Below are positions 1-8,600 of a DNA stretch of 64,000 nucleotides, piece by piece. Under the pieces are notes generated by a model. It was given only the letters and a program-made list of their open reading frames with translations, ran no database searches and was not told the DNA's origin. The stretch is from NCBI GenBank assembly GCA_964035545.1, contig CAXIUT010000073.1:1-64000 (forward strand), written 5' to 3'. Position 1 is the stretch's first letter. Each line of letters opens with the position of its first letter. The position numbers and the translations under genes were made by a program. The DNA comes from Bugula neritina (Eukaryota > Animalia > Bryozoa).

Positions 1-14
1 AACTGTATTGGCAC

Positions 15-470
15 GTTGCCATTTGATATTTGGTAATATTTCGCATCACAACAAACTCTTCAGAAAGTTAAGAAAATTAGTCTAGAAAGTTAATGAAATA
101 AACCTACCAGAGTGAGTAAGCCAGATGTAACAAGTAGATCCAAAACAAGTTCATTAACAATTGAAGTTGAAATCTCCATGTAGTGAACACTTTAGTCCTA
201 ATGTCAAATGCAAACGTCTGCAACCAAACTGTGTAGACTTCATGAGCTGGTTAGCTGACAGGACTCATTAAAGTTCTTAACTCTTGTGTGTATAGTGATG
301 CCCATCTTGAACTAGAGAGGGCTGACTGAAGACTGCTACTTTGTGAAAATTGACAATGCATATTATTATTATTCATTGTTGAGATTCACGGCTGCCATAA
401 ACAATGATAAAATATTCATTGTTGGTACTAGTAAGTAGAATAAAATATAATATAATAATTTTTTGACAGA
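15..470 (+). mobile_element. Possible highly eroded CR1/L3-type LINE ORF2 (reverse transcriptase) remnant, one per monomer
   Basis: Manual translation with frameshifts gives, in the expected order, SHHNKLFRKLRK (~41-76), SWLADRTH (245-268), LN*RGLT (307-327) and NKI*..N.LDR (~439-470, LDR read with the majority C at 462). These resemble CR1 RT segments SH.LL.KL, WL.DR.Q, SNWR.VT and KIQNDLDR. The core PQG and FADD motifs are not recognisable. Confidence 0.35.
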
Positions 471-501
471 TAAATAATATCATATACAGAATCTAACTTA
501 C

Positions 502-571
502 CATAACTCTACAGTGCTTCACCTCTTCAACTTTTTCGGCAATGTTATTTCCTTCTAGTTAAAAGTACTAG
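502..571 (-). other. Candidate short exon (50, 53 or 70 nt) with consensus splice donor, one per monomer
   Basis: - strand reads ...tcttatattcag|CTAG...tttaactag|AAG|GAAATAACATTGCCGAAAAAGTTGAAGAGGTGAAGCACTGTAGAGTTATG|gtaagt. It has a perfect GTAAGT donor (+ strand ACTTAC 496-501) and a purine-rich body; one frame reads GN(N/D)IAEKVEEVKHCRVM. Confidence 0.25.
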
Positions 572-852
572 CTGAATATAAGACTTTGAAACATAACCCT
601 TCAATTTCATTGCACCAGCACCGGTTGCAAGATAGGTGTGTTGGGAGTTATCTTTCCTAAAAATTTGTTTTCGGCGTTTATACGAAGCAGACACAGGCTA
701 ATATTAATTTTGTTATTTGCAAGAGTTTTTCTGTCTGATTGTCCATCAGCAAAATTGTTTGCGCCTTGCAGTTATTATGGAAATACCAGTGATGCCGGAA
801 GACCTTTGCATTGTACACCCGCCTTTACTATTGAATTTAGATGTTTTATTTT

Positions 853-881
853 CCCATCCCCTCTCCTGCCCCCCTGTCCCC
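853..881 (-). other. Canonical G-quadruplex motif (i-motif on + strand), one per monomer
   Basis: + strand reads CCC-AT-CCCC-TCTCCTG-CCCCCC-TGT-CCCC, i.e. four G-runs of >=3 with loops of 3, 7 and 2 nt on the - strand. The motif match is direct; folding is untested. Confidence 0.75.
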
Positions 882-899
882 TCTAACAACCAGCAATCC

Positions 900-1160
900 T
901 GACTCATGTGAAATGTGTTATTGTTTTAGAGTTGGACCATGGGCCTACAGTATACGATTTGAAGCCTTATTGTTTACAGGCAGTCGAGATGAGTCACTGC
1001 TGAAACCCATTTTATTAGTAGACTATATTGCTCTTTAATCATCAGTTTTCATATTAAAACAAACAGCTCGTCTGCAGCGCCATTTCACAGTATTATACTT
1101 TGCTAGAGCAATAACTAATTTTAGATGCCTTTGCAAACATATGAGAAATAAATGAGTCAT
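900..1160. promoter_or_regulatory. Cluster of three AP-1 (TGA[C/G]TCA) motifs per monomer; candidate enhancer-like module
   Basis: TGACTCA 900-906 (overlapping TCATGTGA 904-911), TGAGTCA 990-996 (near forkhead-like TGTTTAC 971-977) and ATGAGTCAT 1152-1160. The motifs are seen directly; regulatory activity is inference. Confidence 0.35.
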
Positions 1161-1340
1161 TTTATGAAAAGAGGTGTTTGAAGCAATTGTCCACTTTTGA
1201 TTTAGACGCGGCATGGAAACTTTTGTAGTTTCAAATAATATCTCCAAACTCATCACTTGCATGTGTTTATATGCTTGATAAAGTTTTTCATGCAAAACTT
1301 GATGCCTGCTTCAAAGACACCAGTGCTTAATTACTGTGTT

Positions 1341-2678
1341 AACTGTATTGGCACGTTGCCATTTGAGATTTGGTAATATTTCGCATCACAACAAACTCTT
1401 CAGAAAGTTAAGAAAATTAGTCTAGAAAGTTAATGAAATAAACCTACCAGAGAGAGTAAGCCAGATGTAACAAGTAGATCCAAAACAAGTTGATTAACAA
1501 TTGAAGTTGAAATCTCCATGTAGTGAACACTTTAGTCCTAATGTCAAATGCAAACGTCTGCAACCAAACTGTGTAGACTTCATGAGCTGGTTAGCTGACA
1601 GGACTCATTAAAGTTCTTAACTCTTGTGTGTATAGTGATGCCCATCTTGAACTAGAGAGGGCTGACTGAAGACTGCTACTTTGTGAAAATTGACAATGCA
1701 TATTATTATTATTCATTGTTGAGATTCACGGCTGCCATAAACAATGATAAAATATTCATTGTTGGTACTAGTGAGTAGAATAAAATATAATATAATAATT
1801 TCTTGACAGAAAAATAATATCATATACAGAATATAACTTACCATAACTCTACAGTGCTTCACCTCTTCAACTTTTTCGGCAATGTCATTTCCTACTAGTT
1901 AGAAGTACTAGCTGAATATAGGACTTTGAAACACAACCCTTCAATTCCATTGCACCAGCACCGGTTGCAAGATAGGTGTGTTGGGAGTTATCTTTCCTAA
2001 AATTTTGTTCTTGGCGTTTATACGAAACAGACACAGGCTAATATTAGTTCTGTTATTTGCAAGAGTTTTTCTGTCTGGTTGTCCATCAGCAAAATTTTGC
2101 GCCTTGCAGTTTTTATGGAAATACCAGTGATGCTGGAAGACCTTTGCATTGTACACCCGCCTTCACTATTGAATTTAGATGTTTTATTTTCCCATCCCCT
2201 CTCCTGCCCCCCTGTCCCCTCTAACAACCAGCAATCCTGACTCATGTGAAATGTGTTATTGTTTTAGAGTTGGACCATGGGCCTACAGTATACGATTTAA
2301 AGCTTTATTGTTCACAGGCAGTCGAGATGAGTCACTGCTGAAACCCATTTTATTAGTAGACTATATTGCTCTTTAATCATCAGTTTTCATATTAAAACAG
2401 AAAGCTCATCTGCAGCGCCATTTCACAGTATTATACTTTGCTAGAGCAATAACTAATTTTAGATGCCTTTGCAAACATATGAGAAATAAATGAGTCATTT
2501 TATGAAAAGAGGTGTTTGCAGCAATTGTCCACTTTTGATTTAGACGCGGCATGGAAACTTTTGTAGTTTTAAATAATACATCCAAACTCATCACTTGCAT
2601 GTGTTTATATGCTTGATAAAGTTTTTCATGCAAAACTTGATGCCTGCTTCAAAGACACCAGTGCTTAATTACTGTGTT
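1341..2678. repeat. Representative 1338-bp 'B' monomer
   Basis: Differs from type A at roughly 25-30 positions by manual comparison (~98% identity), e.g. CCTACTAGTTAGAAG, AATTTTGTTCTTGGCG, GAAACAG, ATTAGTTCTG and a HindIII site (AAGCTT). Confidence 0.95.
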
Positions 2679-5600
2679 AACTGTATTGGCACGTTGCCAT
2701 TTGATATTTGGTAATATTTCGCATCACAACAAACTCTTCAGAAAGTTAAGAAAATTAGTCTAGAAAGTTAATGAAATAAACCTACCAGAGAGAGTAAGCC
2801 AGATGTAACAAGTAGATCCAAAACAAGTTGATTAACAATTGAAGTTGAAATCTCCATGTAGTGAACACTTTAGTCCTAATGTCAAATGCAAACGTCTGCA
2901 ACCAAACTGTGTAGACTTCATGAGCTGGTTAGCTGACAGGACTCATTAAAGTTCTTAACTCTTGTGTGTATAGTGATGCCCATCTTGAACTAGAGAGGGC
3001 TGACTGAAGACTGCTACTTTGTGAAAATTGACAATGCATATTATTATTATTCATTGTTGAGATTCACGGCTGCCATAAACAATGATAAAATATTCATTGT
3101 TGGTACTAGTGAGTAGAATAAAATATAATATAATAATTTCTTGACAGATAAATAATATCATATACAGAATCTAACTTACCATAACTCTACAATGCTTCAC
3201 CTCTTCAACTTTTTCGGCAATGTTATTTCCTTCTAGTTAAAAGTACTAGCTGAATATAAGACTTTGAAACATAACCCTTCAATTTCATTGCACTAGCACC
3301 GGTTGCAAGATAGGTGTGTTGGGAGTTATCTTTCCTAAAAATTTGTTTTCGGCGTTTATACGAAGCAGACACAGGCTAATATTAATTTTGTTATTTGCAA
3401 GAGTTTTTCTGTCTGATTGTCCATCAGCAAAATTGTTTGCGCCTTGCAGTTATTATGGAAATACCAGTGATGCTGGAAGACCTTTGCATTGTACACCCGC
3501 CTTTACTATTGAATTTAGATGTTTTATTTTCCCATCCCCTCTCCTGCCCCCCTGTCCCCTCTAACAACCAGCAATCCTGACTCATGTGAAATGTGTTATT
3601 GTTTTAGAGTTGGACCATGGGCCTACAGTATACGATTTGAAGCCTTATTGTTTACAGGCAGTCGAGATGAGTCACTGCTGAAACCCATTTTATTAGTAGA
3701 CTATATTGCTCTTTAATCATCAGTTTTCATATTAAAACAAACAGCTCGTCTGCAGCGCCATTTCACAGTATTATACTTTGCTAGAGCAATAACTAATTTT
3801 AGATGCCTTTGCAAACATATGAGAAATAAATGAGTCATTTTATGAAAAGAGGTGTTTGAAGCAATTGTCCACTTTTGATTTAGACGCGGCATGGAAACTT
3901 TTGTAGTTTCAAATAATATCTCCAAACTCATCACTTGCATGTGTTTATATGCTTGATAAAGTTTTTCATGCAAAACTTGATGCCTGCTTCAAAGACACCA
4001 GTGCTTAATTACTGTGTTAACTGTATTGGCACGTTGCCATTTGAGATTTGGTAATATTTCACATCACAACAAACTCTTCAGAAAGTTAAGAAAATTAGTC
4101 TAGAAAGTTAATGAAATAAACCTACCAGAGAGAGTAAGCCAGATGTAACAAGTAGATCCAAAACAAGTTGATTAACAATTGAAGTTGAAATCTCCATGTA
4201 GTGAACACTTTAGTCCTAATGTCAAATGCAAACGTCTGCAACCAAACTGTGTAGACTTCATGAGCTGGTTAGCTGACAGGACTCATTAAAGTTCTTAACT
4301 CTTGTGTGTATAGTGATGCCCATCTTGAACTAGAGAGGGCTGACTGAAGACTGCTACTTTGTGAAAATTGACAATGCATATTATTATTATTCATTGTTGA
4401 GATTCACGGCTGCCATAAACAATGATAAAATATTCATTGTTGGTACTAGTGAGTAGAATAAAATATAATATAATAATTTCTTGACAGAAAAATAATATCA
4501 TATACAGAATATAACTTACCATAACTCTACAGTGCTTCACCTCTTCAACTTTTTCGGCAATGTCATTTCCTACTAGTTAGAAGTACTAGCTGAATATAGG
4601 ACTTTGAAACACAACCCTTCAATTCCATTGCACCAGCACCGGTTGCAAGATAGGTGTGTTGGGAGTTATCTTTCCTACAATTTTGTTCTTGGCGTTTATA
4701 CGAAACAGACACAGGCTAATATTAGTTCTGTTATTTGCAAGAGTTTTTCTGTCTGGTTGTCCATCAGCAAAATTTTGCGCCTTGCAGTTTTTATGGAAAT
4801 ACCAGTGATGCTGGAAGACCTTTGCATTGTACACCCGCCTTCACTATTGAATTTAGATGTTTTATTTTCCCATCCCCTCTCCTGCCCCCCTGTCCCCTCT
4901 AACAACCAGCAATCCTGACTCATGTGAAATGTGTTATTGTTTTAGAGTTGGACCATGGGCCTACAGTATACGATTTGAAGCTTTATTGTTTACAGGCAGT
5001 CGAGATGAGTCACTGCTGAAACCCATTTTATTAGTAGACTATATTGCTCTTTAATCATCAGTTTTCATATTAAAACAGAAAGCTCATCTGCAGCGCCATT
5101 TCACAGTATTATACTTTGCTAGAGCAATAACTAATTTTAGATGCCTTTGCAAACATATGAGAAATAAATGAGTCATTTTATGAAAAGAGGTGTTTGCAGC
5201 ACTTGTCCACTTTTGATTTACACGTGGCATGGAAACTTTTGTAGTTTTAAATAATATCTCCAAACTCATCACTTGCATGTGTTTATATACATGATAAAGT
5301 TTTTCATGCAAAACTTGATGCCTGCTTCAAAGACACCAGTGCTTGATTACTGTGTTAACTGTATTGGCACGTTGCCATTTGATATTTGGTAATATTTCGC
5401 ATCACAACAAACTCTTCAGAAAGTTAAGAAAATTAGTCTAGAAAGTTAATGAAATAAACCTACCAGAGAGAGTAAGCCAGATGTAACAAGTAGATCCAAA
5501 ACAAGTTGATTAACAATTGAAGTTGAAATCTCCATGTAGTGAACACTTTAGTCCTAATGTCAAATGCAAACGTCTGCAACCAAACTGTGTAGACTTCATG

Positions 5601-8600
5601 AGCTGGTTAGCTGACAGGACTCATTAAAGTTCTTAACTCTTGTGTGTATAGTGATGCCCATCTTGAACTAGAGAGGGCTGACTGAAGACTGCTACTTTGT
5701 GAAAATTGACAATGCATATTATTATTATTCATTGTTGAGATTCACGGCTGCCATAAACAATGATAAAATATTCATTGTTGGTACTAGTGAGTAGAATAAA
5801 ATATAATATAATAATTTCTTGACAGATAAATAATATCATATACAGAATCTAACTTACCATAACTCTACAGTGCTTCACCTCTTCAACTTTTTCGGCAATG
5901 TTATTTCCTTCTAGTTAAAAGTACTAGCTGAATATAAGACTTTGAAACATAACCCTTCAATTTCATTGCACCAGCACCGGTTGCAAGATAGGTGTGTTGG
6001 GAGTTATCTTTCCTAAAAATTTGTTTTCGGCGTTTATACGAAGCAGACACAGGCTAATATTAATTTTGTTATTTGCAAGAGTTTTTCTGTCTGATTGTCC
6101 ATCAGCAAAATTGTTTGCGCCTTGCAGTTATTATGGAAATACCAGTGATGCTGGAAGACCTTTGCATTGTACACCCGCCTTTACTATTGAATTTAGATGT
6201 TTTATTTTCCCATCCCCTCTCCTGCCCCCCTGTCCCCTCTAACAACCAGCAATCCTGACTCATGTGAAATGTGTTATTGTTTTAGAGTTGGACCATGGGC
6301 CTACAGTATACGATTTGAAGCCTTATTGTTTACAGGCAGTCGAGATGAGTCACTGCTGAAACCCATTTTATTAGTAGACTATATTGCTCTTTAATCATCA
6401 GTTTTCATATTAAAACAAACAGCTCGTCTGCAGCGCCATTTCACAGTATTATACTTTGCTAGAGCAATAACTAATTTTAGATGCCTTTGCAAACATATGA
6501 GAAATAAATGAGTCATTTTATGAAAAGAGGTGTTTGAAGCAATTGTCCACTTTTGATTTAGACGCGGCATGGAAACTTTTGTAGTTTCAAATAATATCTC
6601 CAAACTCATCACTTGCATGTGTTTATATGCTTGATAAAGTTTTTCATGCAAAACTTGATGCCTGCTTCAAAGACACCAGTGCTTAATTACTGTGTTAACT
6701 GTATTGGCACGTTGCCATTTGAGATTTGGTAATATTTCGCATCACAACAAACTCTTCAGAAAGTTAAGAAAATTAGTCTAGAAAGTTAATGAAATAAACC
6801 TACCAGAGAGAGTAAGCCAGATGTAACAAGTAGATCCAAAACAAGTTGATTAACAATTGAAGTTGAAATCTCCATGTAGTGAACACTTTAGTCCTAATGT
6901 CAAATGCAAACGTCTGCAACCAAACTGTGTAGACTTCATGAGCTGGTTAGCTGACAGGACTCATTAAAGTTCTTAACTCTTGTGTGTATAGTGATGCCCA
7001 TCTTGAACTAGAGAGGGCTGACTGAAGACTGCTACTTTGTGAAAATTGACAATGCATATTATTATTATTCATTGTTGAGATTCACGGCTGCCATAAACAA
7101 TGATAAAATATTCATTGTTGGTACTAGTGAGTAGAATAAAATATAATATAATAATTTCTTGACAGAAAAATAATATCATATACAGAATATAACTTACCAT
7201 AACTCTACAGTGCTTCACCTCTTCAACTTTTTCGGCAATGTCATTTCCTACTAGTTAGAAGTACTAGCTGAATATAGGACTTTGAAACACAACCCTTCAA
7301 TTCCATTGCACCAGCACCGGTTGCAAGATAGGTGTGTTGGGAGTTATCTTTCCTAAAATTTTGTTCTTGGCGTTTATACGAAACAGACACAGGCTAATAT
7401 TAGTTCTGTTATTTGCAAGAGTTTTTCTGTCTGGTTGTCCATCAGCAAAATTTTGCGCCTTGCAGTTTTTATGGAAATACCAGTGATGCTGGAAGACCTT
7501 TGCATTGTACACCCGCCTTCACTATTGAATTTAGATGTTTTATTTTCCCATCCCCTCTCCTGCCCCCCTGTCCCCTCTAACAACCAGCAATCCTGACTCA
7601 TGTGAAATGTGTTATTGTTTTAGAGTTGGACCATGGGCCTACAGTATACGATTTAAAGCTTTATTGTTCACAGGCAGTCGAGATGAGTCACTGCTGAAAC
7701 CAATTTTATTAGTAGACTATATTGCTCTTTAATCATCAGTTTTCATATTAAAACAGAAAGCTCATCTGCAGCGCCATTTCACAGTATTATACTTTGCTAG
7801 AGCAATAACTAATTTTAGATGCCTTTGCAAACATATGAGAAATAAATGAGTCATTTTATGAAAAGAGGTGTTTGCAGCAATTGTCCACTTTTGATTTACA
7901 CGCGGCATGGAAACTTTTGTAGTTTTAAATAATACATCCAAACTCATCACTTGCATGTGTTTATATGCTTGATAAAGTTTTTCATGCAAAACTTGATGCC
8001 TGCTTCAAAGACACCAGTGCTTAATTACTGTGTTAACTGTATTGGCACGTTGCCATTTGATATTTGGTAATATTTCGCATCACAACAAACTCTTCAGAAA
8101 GTTAAGAAAATTAGTCTAGAAAGTTAATGAAATAAACCTACCAGAGAGAGTAAGCCAGATGTAACAAGTAGATCCAAAACAAGTTGATTAACAATTGAAG
8201 TTGAAATCTCCATGTAGTGAACACTTTAGTCCTAATGTCAAATGCAAACGTCTGCAACCAAACTGTGTAGACTTCATGAGCTGGTTAGCTGACAGGACTC
8301 ATTAAAGTTCTTAACTCTTGTGTGTATAGTGATGCCCATCTTGAACTAGAGAGGGCTGACTGAAGACTGCTACTTTGTGAAAATTGACAATGCATATTAT
8401 TATTATTCATTGTTGAGATTCACGGCTGCCATAAACAATGATAAAATATTCATTGTTGGTACTAGTGAGTAGAATAAAATATAATATAATAATTTCTTGA
8501 CAGATAAATAATATCATATACAGAATCTAACTTACCATAACTCTACAGTGCTTCACCTCTTCAACTTTTTCGGCAATGTTATTTCCTTCTAGTTAAAAGT

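Larger units (their letters stand above)
1..1340. repeat. Representative 1340-bp 'A' monomer (also starting at 2679, 5357, 8035, 10713, 13391, 38814, 48182, 52198)
   Basis: Diagnostic 2-bp insertion (GCAAAATTGTTTGC vs GCAAAATTTTGC) linked to TCTGATT, GTTATTATGG, GAAGCCTT and CTCGTCTG. These copies are marked in the ORF track by the 81-82 aa (ML)GVIFPKN ORF. Confidence 0.97.

Noticed and set aside
155-195. GDFNFN peptide on the - strand resembling a LINE endonuclease GDFN motif (about 155-195)
   Set aside because: A four-residue match followed closely by a stop, with no other APE motifs; it is also antisense to the RT-like islands.
431-469. Plus-strand GT(G/A)AGT...TTGACAG 39-nt mini-intron
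   Set aside because: Too short for a typical vertebrate intron, and the flanks have no sustained open frame.
608-630. miR-25/92-like sequence CATTGCACCAGCACCGG
   Set aside because: No complementary arm to form a ~60-nt pre-miRNA hairpin; only a small local stem.
731-807. Resemblance to the 3' half of 5S rRNA (CTGTCTGAT ... TGGAAATACCAGTGATGCTGGAAGACCTTT), plus GCCTACAGTATAC at 943
   Set aside because: Only patchy similarity by eye. The box C region is missing, and the 5'-like piece lies downstream rather than upstream. This is not a 5S rDNA array; a very old 5S or SINE3-derived remnant cannot be excluded without cmsearch/nhmmer.
745-835. snRNA-like motifs (Sm-like AATTTTTG, U5-loop-like CGCCTTTACT)
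   Set aside because: The U5 loop lacks a U and its stem, the motifs are in the wrong order, and both are polymorphic among copies.
818-835. CENP-B box
   Set aside because: Only half-sites (CCCG..T, and TTCG....A at ~40); no complete TTCGNNNNANNCGGG on either strand.
1030-1260. Box C motifs (TGATGA on the - strand) suggesting a snoRNA array
   Set aside because: No box D (CTGA) at a suitable distance and no terminal stem.
638-1295. Recurrent 60-104 aa ORFs (MFYFPIPSP..., MHEKLYQAY..., MYNAKVFQ..., MSQDCWLL..., MLGVIFPK...) as a tandem gene family
   Set aside because: They overlap on both strands, have no recognisable domain, and are opened, truncated or frameshifted by copy-specific variants. 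Their recurrence simply reflects the DNA repeat.
2394-2412. Partial match to miR-427 (GCTTTCTGTTTT on the - strand), suggesting a miR-427/430-type tandem array
   Set aside because: The AAGTGC seed is absent, there is no precursor hairpin, and the match is lost in many copies.
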